Source: Mobula hypostoma (lineage: Eukaryota). Taken from it: 64,000 bases of DNA. The stretch's first letter is position 1; every line of letters starts with the position of its first letter. The DNA lies in assembly GCF_963921235.1 (NCBI RefSeq), contig NC_086097.1, positions 122,390,001 to 122,454,000 of the forward strand, read 5' to 3'. Positions 38,146 through 51,145 of this stretch are shown here, in pieces. Below the pieces are notes generated by a model. That model did not search any database. It was given only the letters and a program-made list of their open reading frames with translations, and was not told the origin of the DNA. The translations under genes and the position numbers were made by a program.

Positions 38146-40935
38146 GTTGTTGTTGTTGTTCGTCCTTTGTAGTCGAAGATGACCATGGCTTCAAAGTCAA
38201 ATGGGAGATTGGTGGCTGTGGGTCCGAAGGTGACTGATGAGGCCAATCCGGGCCCTGAAGGCTCGCCCACATGTGGGACACAAGTGGGTGGGTGCTGTCG
38301 TGGCAGTGGATGCTGCTCGGGCCTTGCGCACAGCACGCTTTCGTTGCGCCTCGATGATGCGCCTGACTTCAGCTACACGGGCTCCTGTGGTGATCTTGCT
38401 GCGCCAAGCTGGACGGTCGAGGGCAAGCGTCTCCCATGTGTTGATGTCGACACCTAGGCCTTTGAGGAGTGCTTTCAGGCAGTCTATGTAACGTTTCTTC
38501 TGCCCCCCCCCCCCCCCCCCGACTGAGCACTTGCCCTGACACAGTTCTCCGTACAGCAGCTGCTTAGGCAATCGGCTGTCTGGCATTCTGACCACATGCC
38601 CAGTCCACCTGGCTTGGGCTTTCAGCAGGAGGGTGTAGACGCTGCAGAGCCCAGCTCGTTCCAGGATTTCCGTGTCGGGGACTTCGTCCTGCCACCTGAT
38701 GTGGAGGAGTCTGCGGAGACAGCTCAGGTGAAAATGGTTGAGCTGTTTGGCGTGTCTGCTGTAGATAGTCCAGGTCTCGCTGGCGTAAAGGAGGGTGGTA
38801 AGGACCACTGCACAGTACGCCTTCAGCTTGGTGGTAAGGCTGAGTCCTCTCTGCTCCCAGACATTCTCACGGAGTCTCCCAAAGGCGGCGCTGGCTTTGG
38901 CAATCCTGTTGTTGACCTCAGCATCTATGTTTACTGCGCGAGAGAGTATGCTGCCCAGGTTGGTGAAGTTGTCGGCTGCCTGGAGGTTCTGGCCCTTCAC
39001 CGTGATGCGTGGCTCCTGGTATGGCTTTCCTGGGGCAGGCTGGTACATAACTTCGGTCTTTTTGGTGCTGATAGTGAGACCGAAGTTGTCGCAGGCTTGT
39101 GAGAAGCAGTCCATTTCACGCTGCATCTCCTACTCTGTGCTGGCGTTGAGTGCGCAGTCATCAGCAAACAACAAGTCTCTGATGACAGTCTCTCGCACCT
39201 TTGTAACTGCCTGCAGGCGCCTAAGGTTGAACAACCTGCTGTCAGTCCTGTACTTGACGTGGATTCCTTCTTTGTAGTTATGGAAGGCATCTGTCAGCAT
39301 GGCAGAGAATACCATACTGAACAGAGTCGAGGCAAGAACGCCATTTGTCACTGGGAAGGCCTCCGACTCGTCGCCGTCATCCAGAACTTTCACCATCATA
39401 CCATCGTGGAACTGCCGGACGATTGTGATGAACTTGCTGGGGCAGCCAAACTTCTCCATGATCTTCCACAAGCCTTCTCTGCTGATCGTATCGAAAGCCT
39501 TGGTTAGATTGACAAAGGTCACGAAGAGGTCGCTGTGTTACTCCTGGCATTTTTCCTGGAGTTGGCGTGCAGCAAAAATCATGTTCTCGGTCCCATGTTC
39601 AGCATGGAAGCCACACTGGCTTTCTGGGAGCAGACCTTGCTTGAGATGTTGGAGAAGGCGGTTGAGCAGGACGTGGGCCGGAATCTTCCCCGCAATGGAC
39701 AAGAGGGAGATGCCTCGGTGGTTGTCGCAAGACTGGCGGTTGCCTTTCCTCTTGTAGATGTGGACTATGCTGGCATCTTTCAGCTGTTGCGGGACCTGTC
39801 CTTTTTTCCACGTGGACTGGAAGAGTACAGTCAGCTTTTACATCATGACAGGGCCTCCTGCTTTGTATACCTCAGCAGGGATTGCATCGGGTCCTGGTGC
39901 TTTGCCACAGGAGAGTTGCTTCACTGCCTTCCTGACTTCATCTACTGTAGGGAGGGTGTCGAGGTTCTTGTTGATCTCTACCTGGGGCAGGCGGGCAATG
40001 GCCTCGTCGTTGATGTCGGCAGGGCGGTTAAGGACATTGTTAAAGTGCTCAGCCCACTGATCCAGAATCTGCTTCTTCTCTGTCAGCAGCTGCGTCTCAT
40101 CTGCGTTGAGGAGGGGTGAGGAGCCGGAGGACTGGGGTCCGTATACAGCCTTAAGTGCTTTATGTCGTGGCTGTCTGCATAGCCCTGGATTTCATCGGCC
40201 TTCTTGCTGAACCAGCTGTCCTGCATCTCGTGAAGTTTTTCTGCACCTTTCTTCTTGCGTTGGTAAAGGCATCTTTTTTGGCTGGCGACGTGGGGTCATT
40301 CTGATGCGCTCTGTAATGTTGATGTTTCTCCATTAGTAGTGCCTGTATTTCTTCATCATTCTCATCGAACCAGTCTTGGTTTCTTCGGGTTGCTGGTCCG
40401 AGATGTTTGAGGGTGGTAGTGTAGACAGCGTCTCTGAAGGCCGTCCACTGTTCCTCAACGCTGGTCCCGTCATCCTGTGGTGTGTCTGGCAGTCTGCCTT
40501 CAAGGTCATCGACGAATTCTTCTGCAACCCTGCTGCTTTTCAGCTTGGAGACATTCAGCCTCTTTGCAGTCTTCTGCCCTTGGGGTCTTCTCATGGGCAG
40601 AATGCGAAGCCTGAACTTGGACACAATGAGGCGGTGGTCGGTCCAGCAGTCAGCACCACACATAGCTCTCGTCACTCTGACATCCATCCTGTCCCTCTTC
40701 CTGGTGATGATGTAGTCAATCAGATGCCAGTGCTTCGAGTGTGGGTGCATCCATGACGTCTTCTTACGGGTGGGTAAGCGGAACAGGGTGTTGGTGATGA
40801 CAAGGTCGTGTGTGGCACATGTCTTGAGGAGCAGAAGGCCGTTGTTGTTACACTTGCCAGTGCCGTGTTTTTCAATGATCCCTTCCCAGGTTTGGTAGTC
40901 TGTCCCTACTCTGGCATTGAAGTTCCCAAGTAAAG
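38146..40935 (-). mobile_element. RTE-clade (BovB-like) LINE, 5'-truncated, frameshifted
   Basis: GNFNARVG, SWMHPHSK, LIDYI, TDHRL, LTKAFD, LLFADD, LLYASETW, RLPKQLLYGEL, terminal CPTC..H..H; (CAA)n tail at 38146-38160. Confidence 0.95.
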
Positions 40936-42919
40936 GTCCAATGTCTACATGTCCACTCCCATATTTGGATCCCCTGGTGGCTGGAAGTTGCATGTCAAAG
41001 AATACAAAATGTCTTGGGGTTAGAGGACTATGTATGTGCATCGGTTAGAGGGAGGAATGGGGCTTGTTTTGCTGTTGTTTAGAAGTTTGTTGGGTTGAGT
41101 TTTGATGTATTCTGCTAAGCATTGTGGGCATGCAATGTTGACGCCAGAATCTATGGCAACGTTTGTGGGCTGCACCCAGCATGTCCTTGAGTGCTGTTGG
41201 GTGTTAATCAAATGACGCATTCCTCTGAATGTTCCTACGTACATGCTATAAATCAGAATTGCCTGGGTTGGTCAGTGAACTGTGGTTGACACAAGCATTG
41301 CCAACTACACCCCCCCCCACGCCCCGCAATTTGTAAATGCCCACCACTATTCCTTTCAGAAAAGCTGTGGAATCTTGGGTCATACCACCAAGCTGGTAAA
41401 AGGACCATTCTCACAGAGATCAGTACATTCTCAAAAACACACACAAAATGCTAGAGGAACTCAGCAGGTCAGGCCACAGCTATGGAGAGGAGTAGAGTTA
41501 ACGTTTCAGGCTGAGACCCCTCATCCCTCCTTCCCTGGAAAAGGAGGGAAAAGAAGCCAGAATAAGATGGTGGGGAAGATGTACAAGGTGGGGGATGCAG
41601 TAGATGAGTGAGTATATTATTTTATAGAATTGCTTTTAGATTTGATTTTTTTTTTGTTGTGGTCTTCCTACTGTATCAGATCCAGAGTAACAATCATTAC
41701 GTTCTCCTTTACACTCGTGTACTGAAGAATGACAATAAACCATCCTCGATGTTGAATTTTGAATCTGGGAGGATAGGAGGGAAAGGCAATGGGCTGAAGA
41801 AGAAATCTGATATGAAAGGAGAGAGGACCATGGGAGAGAGGAAAGGTGGAAGGGCACCAGAGGGAGGTAATAGGCAAGTGAGCAGAAGAGAAGGAATCTG
41901 CCTTCTGCACCCTGCCACGTAGTAAGAAACTGTAATGTTGACATTGTAATAACAGACCAAGTTGGTGCAAAGCAAATGCCATAAATTCCCAGCTGCTGAA
42001 CTAACAATATGGTTGTGGCTTTGTCCTTGAATTGGTTTCAACAGTTAGACTAATTACAATAGCGAAGAGGTACTGTCAGCATTTTTAGTTGTGAATGTTA
42101 CCGAATGGAAATTATAAACTGTCTATGACACGAAACACAGGCGTTATTAGAATCTCAGCTACTTGGATAACAGAATGATGCTCAGTTGGGGGGTAAATGG
42201 AGGTAGAGGCAGATGTGCAGTGAACATTGCCTGAACCATGTTGGATACAAATTGTTAAGAATTTTTGCAAATAAGCACTTTCTTTTTCAGAATTAGTCTA
42301 GAGAGGAAATCAAATAAACACTTTGTCATGAAGGATCCCATCCACCCTGCTCATGGACTGTCCGTTCCGCTCCCATCAGGGATGAGGCTTCGCCACCACC
42401 CTCAAAAACAGTTACTTCCTCCAAGCCGACAGGCTAATCTACACCCCCAAACATTAACCCACTCCCAACTCCCACCAACACTGCATACACTCACCCAGTG
42501 TCACTTTATGGTCATACAGTCAGTCTACGTATGTACTTAACACTTACTTGTACATTGTTTTATAAACTTGCTTCTATAGTTATTGTGGGGTTTTTTTGTT
42601 TTTTTATTGCGTTCATGTTGTTGCATCAGAACCAGAGTAACAATAATTTCATTCTATTTTACACTTGTTTACAAGAATAACAACAAACAATCTAGAATCT
42701 TTAATCTTGAATGTAAGTTCCAACAGTGTAATAAATAGATACCACTACAGTACATGGTCTGAAGCCTTATGGGTATCTGTTTCTCGAGCTCCTGCTGAAA
42801 TGCCTTGAATAAAGATTGTGTAAGGTTTTGTGCATATTGATCTCATTTGGTTAAACATACAAAAAAAAAGACCATAAGACCATAAGGCATAGAAATAGTA
42901 GTAGACAATTCAGTCCATC

Positions 42920-43397
42920 AAGGTCCCACACAGCCGGTTAGTTCAGAAGGTTCAGACACTTGGTATCCATGGAGAAGTTGTAAACGGGATTCGAAATTGG
43001 CTGTGTGGAAGAAGACAGAGAGTGGTAGTGGATGATTGCTTCTCAGACTGGAGGCCTGTGACTAGTGGTGTGCCTCAGGGATCTGTGCGGGGACCATTGT
43101 TGTTTGTTGTCTGTATCAGTGATTTAGATGATAATGTGGTAAATTGGATCTGCAAGTTTGCTGATGACACTAAGATTGGAGATGTTGTGGACAGCGAGGA
43201 AGGCTTTCAAAGCTTGCAGAGGGTTCTGGACCAACTGGAAAAATGGGCCAGAAAATGGAAGATGGAATTTATTGCAGACAAATGTAAGGTGTTGCATTTT
43301 AGAAGGACAAATCAAGGTAGGATATACACAGTAAATGGTAGGGCACTGAGGAGTGCGGAGGAACAAAGGGATCTGGGAGTTCAGATACATAATTTCC
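42920..43397 (+). mobile_element. CR1 RT fragment
   Basis: VTSGVPQGS and KFADDTKIG in ORF 43022-43498. Confidence 0.9.
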
Positions 43398-43449
43398 TCC
43401 TCCCAACCCATAATCAATCACCACACCCCACACCGCCCCCCCCCCATCA

Positions 43450-43890
43450 GACCCCAGTCAACAAGCCTTTGAACAGCAATTCTCAACAAGGCTTTTAGAT
43501 CTCTATCTACCCATTCACACGAATTATTTGATTCTGGCCAAACCACAATCCCAGTTGCTCCACTCCCACCATACAAACTCATACAGCCATGGTTGTTGGA
43601 ACAAGAGTTGATCAAGTCTGGGTTCCAGTTTGATTGCAATGCTTGCAAGGAGACAGCAATTCCAATAGATTTGTTAACTGTTGTCAAGGAATGTTTGCGA
43701 AAAGTGATCAGGTGACTGACAAGGAAACTCTTTCAGCAGCTTTGGATTCTTTCAATGTGTGATGGACCATAAATATGACAGTTATTGACACCAACTACCT
43801 AGTATCCCCATTCACACAGACTAAAACTTCTGGCCATATCCTTAGCTATCCCTCCTTCATTTGGCAAAATTGTCCAACTTCCAATGGAGA
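43450..43890 (+). pseudogene. Decayed coding relic containing CxxC block copy 1
   Basis: Reads ..PPYKLIQPWLLEQELIKSGFQFDCNACKETAIPIDLLTVVKECLRK, then after a frameshift ..DKETLSAALDSFNV*WTINMTVIDTNYLVSPF. Confidence 0.5.
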
Positions 43891-44709
43891 TTCAGATTCA
43901 GATTCATTTATTTATCACATGTACATTGAAACTTACAGTGAAGAGCATCATTTGCATTAACCAACACAACCTAAAATGTGCCAGACGGTAGCCCGCAAGT
44001 GTCAACACACATTTTGGTGCCAATACAGTATGCACATCATGCTATCTTGCTGCTTGTATATGTGGCGACCCCCAGCAACAGAAGTAACCACAAAACATGA
44101 ATAAGCCCCTTACCTCCCTCCCTTCCATTCAAGCACACACACAGACTGTCCTCTAACCCTATGGCAGACCATCTCTGAGCCTTCAGCTTCCGGTGGACTC
44201 AAATTCACAGAAGCTCGCAGACCCAGGCTTTAGGCCTCGATGCCCAGACCTTCGGGCTTCAATCTTTGGAACTGAATCCAGGACTTGCTAATAACTATCA
44301 ATGAAGATCCTGGATATGGATGCCAGATGAGGACTGCGAACTTCAGACCCTGAACTCTGGTCTCACTAACTTACGTGCCTAGGGGGTCACCAGCCTTTGT
44401 GCATCCTGCCCACATGGAACTCTGATCCCGGAACACACTGATGACTCATTGTTATTGGGGGGGGAAGGGGAGGGGACATCAGCGCTCTACCTCGCTGATC
44501 TGCCAGCCGACGTCTGACCACAGATGTCTTTGTTACAACTCTATGTCACTGGACTTCTAAGGCAGAACACAGAGCAGAAGGCAAGACTCTGGCCTGACCT
44601 CCAAACCTGCCCCCGCCATATTCCTGTCCCTATTGTGGCTTTAGATACTGTACAGCTCCGCCCAATCAGATACCCATTGCAAATGGCAGCAACTGGACAG
44701 TATTGTACA

Positions 44710-45095
44710 TATCTCATTGAAACCTACTCAATATTAAAAGCCCTTAAAGAGAGTAGACATTGAGAAGATGTTTCCAATAGTGGGAAAGTCAAGGACCAGA
44801 GGACACAGCCCTAGAATATAAGAGCATCCCTTGAGAACAGAGATGAAGAGGAACTTCTTTAGCCAGAGGATGGTGAATCTGTGGAATTCATTGCCACAGA
44901 GAGATTTAGAGCCCAAGTCATTGGATATATTTAAAGCAGAATTGGATAGGTTCTTAATAAATAAGGGCATCCAAGGCAATGGGGGGAAGGCAGGATAATT
45001 GGGTAGAAAGGGATAATAAATCAACCATGATGGAATGGTGGAGCAGACTCGATGGGCCAAATGAAATAATTCTGCTCATATGTCTTATGGTCTTA
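44710..45095 (+). mobile_element. CR1 3' fragment
   Basis: LIETY..RTRGHS segment and tcttatggtctta tail. Confidence 0.85.
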
Positions 45096-45410
45096 TATTG
45101 CCTTCAGCAATCTCTAGTTAGCAGGTAGCCTGCAATAATCACAAGCAGTGACCATGACTAACTCACCTGTCCCCAGCTCCTGGCATTTTCCTAAAACATT
45201 CAAAATTCATTACTGATTAAGTTGACAATGACAGCAAATGCGCTGCACCTGCAAATTCTGTGTGGAAGAGGGAGAAGAACAATTTTTTTTTGGTAGGATT
45301 CCAAGGAAAACATTTTGTTGGAAGAAAAAGAACACAGAACTACTTTGTTCTTTAATTAATACCAAGGGAATTTTGATATCCACATGTATCAAAGTTTTAA
45401 GTTCCAAGAA

Positions 45411-45900
45411 CACTCAGTGGCCACTTTATAAAGCACAGAAATGGAACCTGGTGTGGTCTTCTGTTGCTACAACCTATCCAATTCAACATTCAACATGGTT
45501 ATTTGAGTTAATGTCACCTTCATGTCAATTTGAACCAGTCTGACCATTCTCCTCTGACTGCTCTCATTAAGAAGGTGTATTCACCCACAGAACTGCCACT
45601 CACTGGATTTTTTTCACACCACTCCCTGTAAACTCTAGAGACTGTTGTGCATAAAAATCCCAGGAGATCAGCAGTTTTTGAGATACTCAAACCACCCTAT
45701 CTAGCACCAACAATCAATGCATGATCAAAATCACTTAGATCACCATACTTCCCCATTCTGATGTTTGGTGTTAACAACAACTGAACATCTCGACCATATC
45801 TACATGATTTTATGCATTGAGTCGCTGCCACATGATTGACTGATTAGATGTTTGCATTAATGAGCAGGTGTACAGGTGTATCTAATAAAGATGCTAAGTG
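45411..45900. mobile_element. Tc1-like non-autonomous element
   Basis: Begins CACTCAGTGGCCACTTTAT; colinear with 5768-6325. Confidence 0.7.
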
Positions 45901-46009
45901 CAAATTTATTATCAAAGTATGTATTTGTCACCATATAATTATTATGAAATTTACTTCCTTGCAGGCATTCACAGTAGAGCAAAGAAACATAAATGAATCA
46001 ATGAAAAAC

Positions 46010-47440
46010 TTCTAATAGGGAAACTTATTAGCCTCTTTAATATCTTCCACCATTGTTCATCTGATCACCTCAAAAGAATAACATTTGCTTTAAATGTATT
46101 ACAATTATCAGTAAGTCCTTTTCGGATAACTGAATTTACATGGTTGATTCCACAGATGAAATCTAAGACATTTCCCGAGGCTATGTTCATCACTTGATAT
46201 GCACAAGCATCAGGCCTTGAAAACACATTGTTGTTGGAACAAGAGTTGGTCAGATTGGGTTTGCAGTTTGATTGCGATGCTTGCAAGGAGACAACAGTGC
46301 CAGAAGAGTGCAATACATAAACATACTATAAATTACAATAAGAAATATACATTTAAAACTTTAAATAAATAGTGCAAAAAGAGGGAAATAATGGTGAGAG
46401 AGTACTGATGGGTTCTTTGACAGTTCAGAAATATGATGATAGAGAGGAAGAAGTTGTTTCTAAAATGCTGAGAGTGTGCCTTTAGACTCCTGTTTTCTCC
46501 CCCCTGATGGTAGTAATGAGAAGAGGGCATGTCTTGGGTGGTGAGGGTCCTTAATAATCGATGCTACCTATTTGAGTCGCCGTCTTTTGAAGATGTCATC
46601 GGTAACAGTGAGGAGAGTGCCCAAGATGGAGCTAGCTGAGTATGCGAACCCCACAGCTTTTTCCAGTCCTGTGCAGCAGCCCCTCCATACCAGACAGTGA
46701 TGCAACCAGCTAGAATGCCTTCCACGATACACCTGTGGAAATTTGCTGGGGTCTATTGTGACATAACTGATCTGCTCAACTTCTAATAAACTATCGCTAC
46801 TGGCCTGCCCTCTTCGTAATTGCATCAATATGTTGGGCCCAGGACAAATCTTCAGAGATGTTGACACCCAGGAACTTGAAATGGCTCACCCTTTCCTCTG
46901 CTGACTCCTTGATGAGGACTGGTGTGTGTTCTCTCGACTTCCCCTTCCTGAAGTCCAGGATCGATTCCTTGATCGCACTGACATTGATATATAGTGCAAA
47001 CAGAGATGCCAGTACCAATCCTTTCAAAATGCTAGAGGACTTGGACTTCCCGCCAGTTTTCCATACCCCTATCCTGTCTTCCACAGGCAAGATCATTCTG
47101 AATCCAGATGTGCAATTCACCCAGGATCCAATGAATTTTTATCTTCTGCATCAATCTCCCATGAGGTACATTATCAATTGTTTTATCAAGGGGATCTTGT
47201 CAAATTCAAAACTTTCAGGAGAATCCAAGAATTATGAAACAGTTTTAAATGATCAAGTTTATATATCCTCCCAAAACTAGCCTAAACCCATGCAGTGACA
47301 TTGGGGTACAATTCCAGCCACTGAAGTTATGTATGACTTTGTATTAGATGAACCAAAATGGTGGCAAAATCCAGTCCCTTCATATCTAAAACATCTGGAA
47401 TCCCTTTCGATCAACGTTTGCCGCAAAAATTGAACACGGA
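46010..47440 (+). pseudogene. Decayed coding relic containing CxxC block copy 2, interrupted by a Rex1/Babar fragment
   Basis: 46021-46320 is 100 codons with one internal stop; 46981-47277 is open for 99 codons and continues past two stops to MYDFVLDEPKWWQNPVPSYLKHL. Confidence 0.5.
46310..46985 (-). mobile_element. Rex1/Babar-type 3' fragment
   Basis: ERVSHFKFLGVNISEDLSW and HFRNNFF motifs. Confidence 0.8.
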
Positions 47441-48054
47441 TGCAAATCAGAGTCTGCACCCAGATCAGAATAGAACAGAGTTCAAGGCCTAGTGCTCGTG
47501 GTACCATCGTGGAGAGTATGGAGCTCAAGGCCTGGAGTTTGCATCCTTATTTATTGTCAAAGGTAAATCCTGGGTCAATAACAATGATCGAAGCCCGTGG
47601 GTCAATTGGAAGTCCACATCAGAACCAAAAGGTCACTGAGAAATCCAGACCTTGACGCTTGATAGCCATAGCCCTGAGTCTGCAAATCTCCACAAGTCAG
47701 ATTGGCAAGTCAAAGCTCCAGTGTTTGTGACTGCACAAGTCCACTGGAGGCTGGAGGCTAAAGAAGATTGCTGGTCCTGGGGTTAGAGGACTGTGTATGC
47801 GCATGGTGGAGGAATGGAGCTTGTTCTGCTGTTGTTGCTTTGTAGCTTGGTATGTTATGTTTTCTTGTGTTCTGTGTTGCTCTGCCAAGCATTGTGGACA
47901 TCCTACGTTGGCGCCAGCATGTGTGGCAAAGCTTGTGGTTGCCTCCAGCACACCCTTGGGTGCATTGGTTTTTCATGCAAATGATGCATTTTGCTGTATG
48001 TTTTGATATACAGTACATGTGATAAGTAAATGTGTACCGGAATCCGAATATGTT

Positions 48055-48285
48055 GGGCACGTGGCCAAGTGGTTAAGGCATTCGTCTAGTGATCTCAAGG
48101 TCGCTAGTTCAAGCCTCAGCTGTGGCAGCGTGTTTGTGTCCTTGAGCAAGGCACTGAACCGCACATTGCTCTAGTGTCTGTGTGAGGAGTGGCGCCCCAC
48201 ACAGACTTCCAATCTGCATGAAAATGCATGAAAGGCATGAAAATGCCTGACGCAGGCCTCTCATGGTCAGAGTCAACGTTCCCCT
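48055..48285 (+). mobile_element. tRNA-derived SINE with CORE-like segment
   Basis: A box TGGCCAAGTGG, B box GTTCAAGCC, then gtgtccttgagcaaggcactgaacc. Confidence 0.8.
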
Positions 48286-50464
48286 GAATCCAAACCATCC
48301 TGTGCAAAACTGGTTGGCTGTCCACCTGGTGGATAAGTGTGTATAAATGGCATATACTTCCTAGGCCTGATTTTATAAAGCTTTAATAGACTGAACCACA
48401 TTCCTCAGTCTCCAACACAAATTTTCTTCTCTTACCAATAACAGGATAACCTACAGCAACTGCCAGGAAACTCTGGTGTCCCACCTCATCGTCAATCTAG
48501 TTGAGCTTCAAGCTCTGTATTGTATCATCAGCAAGAGTATTTTTCTGTCACGCTCTGGAATATATGAACTTGGCCCAAATCTGCAGTATCTTTACACTAT
48601 TTGTTTGCTAAAATGCACAGGCATTTGCCAAAGCCATTGTCAGGACTTGAAGGCCTGGTTGAATAGGGAAAGGTTGAATAAATTCGGACTTTATTCCCTG
48701 GAGTGCAGGGAATGGGGGGAGATTTGATAGTTTTAAGGAAAATTACGAGAGTACAGATAAGAAAATGCAAGCAGGCTTTTTCCACTGAGATTAGGTGAGA
48801 TTTGAAATGGAGCACAGAAGTTAATGTTGAAAAGTAAAATACGTAAGAAGAACCCACGCGGAAATGATGAAAGCGGGTTCTATATCAACATTTAAGAGAA
48901 AATTGGTTAAGTATATAGATGGGAGGGGTTTGGAGGGCTATGGTCAGGGCGATGAGATTAAGCAGAATAATAGTTCAATACAAACTAGATGGGCCAAAAG
49001 ACCTGTTTCTCTGCTGTAATGCTCTCTGACTATTTTGTTTAACTCTGAATAAATAGTAGGCTTTACATTACTCTATAATACATCAACCCCCTAAATTCAG
49101 TTGTCTCAGGAAAACCCATTCCATCTTTAGTTATTATAAGCATTCATAGTTCTGCATTTCATACCACACAATGGACAAGAAAATAATTGGGAGTTAAATA
49201 TGGGGACCTTTTACCCTACCTGGCAGTTCCTTAGCTCTATCCACAATGGTTCAATACCTTCCAACACGATGTCACTCTTTCTAATGATTTGATTTCATTT
49301 TTTACCAACAGAGCAACGCTGTCCCCTCTGCTTTCCTGCTTGTCCTCTTGATACAATATGTATCTTAATCTTCTTTCAGCCATGATTCAATAGTACCTGC
49401 AACATCATACCTGCCAATCCGCAGCTGTGCAACAAGTTCATCTACCTTATTCCGAATACTGCACGCATCTAAAGATAACGCTTTCAGTTCTGTGTTCACC
49501 CTGTGAAGAGGCATCCTGCAGTGATAAGGGTTTCATTAGTTAGGGGAACGGACAAGAGGTTCTGTGGGCGAGAACGAGATTCCCGGATGGTATGTTGCCT
49601 CCCGGGTGCCAGGGTCTGGAATATCTTAGATCAAGTCTCAGCATTCTTAAGTGGAATGGCAAACAGCCAGAAGTCATGGTCCATGTAGTTACCAGTGACA
49701 TGGGTAGAACGAGTGATGAAGTTCTGCATCGGGAGTTCAGGGAGTTAGGTGCTAAGTTTAAGAGCAATGGAGCCCAAAAATGCTCACCGTACTCCAAGTG
49801 GGGCCTCACCAGTGACTTATAAAGCCTCAACATTACATCCTTGCTTTTACATTCTAGCTCTCTCAAAATGAATGCTAACATTGCATTTGCATTCCTCACC
49901 ACTGACTCAACCTGCATATTAACCTTTATGGAATCCTGCACGAGGACTCTCAAATCCCTTTGCACCTTGGATTTTTGCATTTTACTTGTGTTTGCTGCCC
50001 TACAATGCCACGAGTTAAGCAATGCCATGATTTTTAAAGCTCTAATCATTACTTCTTACAACCTCTAATTTTCACTCACCCAACAGTACACGGGGATTTG
50101 CATTTCTCCAATTCTCATTTGCTAAATTTGCTGATTTAAAATCACCCCCTCATTGGTGCAGTACATTCCAGAACCAAGACCCTATGCTCTAGAGTTCCCT
50201 GTATAAATCGTAAAAATCATTCTCTATTTCTTTCCTGTTAAGTCACCCTGATCAGGAGCTTGGTCACCTGCCTGCTTAGGTGACTCAGTGTGAGCACTTG
50301 TTTTAAAAAAAACATTTCTGTGGAATGTCCTTGAATGTTTGCATTACATTAAATAGGTTTTCAATTGAATCGGGTGTCAGCTGTGCCCAACGTATTGATG
50401 CAATTATCACAGCAACTATATCTCATAAGGAGTTTCAGGAGATCTGGTATGTCACCAAAGACTC

Positions 50465-51145
50465 TAGAGAAGATGGTGGCGTGACACAGCACTCGCGGCC
50501 ACTCCGAAATGATATCGTATTTGTAAGTAGGTACCGTGCACAATCCTGATTTGATGGAGAAAGACGTGAGAAGCACAGAGGAACATCTGGAGAAACTTCT
50601 GAAATGCCTGCTTCGCTGCCGCTGCTACTGTGATCAAGAATCCCCAGAGGGGAAGGCCCCAAATCCTCGGCTTTGCCTATTGCCAGTTGCCGGGGCTGGG
50701 GTCGAAGCGCTCAGTAGAGATGGTGCTCTGTGCTTGGTGTCGGAGGGCTGGTCAGAGGCTCGAAGTTTTCGGACGGACTCAAGAGTCAGCTGTGGTCAGG
50801 TGCTTCCAGGGTGCTGCATCGGCAAGTTTGCGGCGCTGGAGGTTCATGGCAGGAAGAGAGTTTCTCTTCCTTCTACCATCTGCGTGAGATGATGGGACTT
50901 TCAAGAGATTTTGAGACTCTTTTTTACCGTGCCCATGGTCTGTTCTTTATCAAATTACGGTATTGCTTTGCACTGTTGTAACTCTATGTTATAATTATGT
51001 GGTTTTGTCAGTTATTCAGTCTTGGTTTGTCTTGCGTTTCTGTGATATCATTCTGGAGGAACATTGTATCATTTCTTAATGCATGCATAACTAAATGACA
51101 AAAAAAGAGGACTGCGTGTCCTCATAATCTTTAAAAAAAAATCTA
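50465..51145 (+). mobile_element. Non-autonomous retroposon (about 680 bp) inserted in a Rex1/Babar fragment
   Basis: 8-bp duplication AAAGACTC at 50457-50464 and 51146-51153; CpG-rich 5' part starting AAGATGG; A-rich tail; the host element resumes at about 51150. Confidence 0.65.

Noticed and set aside
38596..40756. Several plus-strand ORFs of 100-194 aa
   Set aside because: Antisense shadows of the GC-rich RTE element.
48055..48130. tRNA gene
   Set aside because: A and B boxes are present but continue into a SINE body with no intact acceptor stem.
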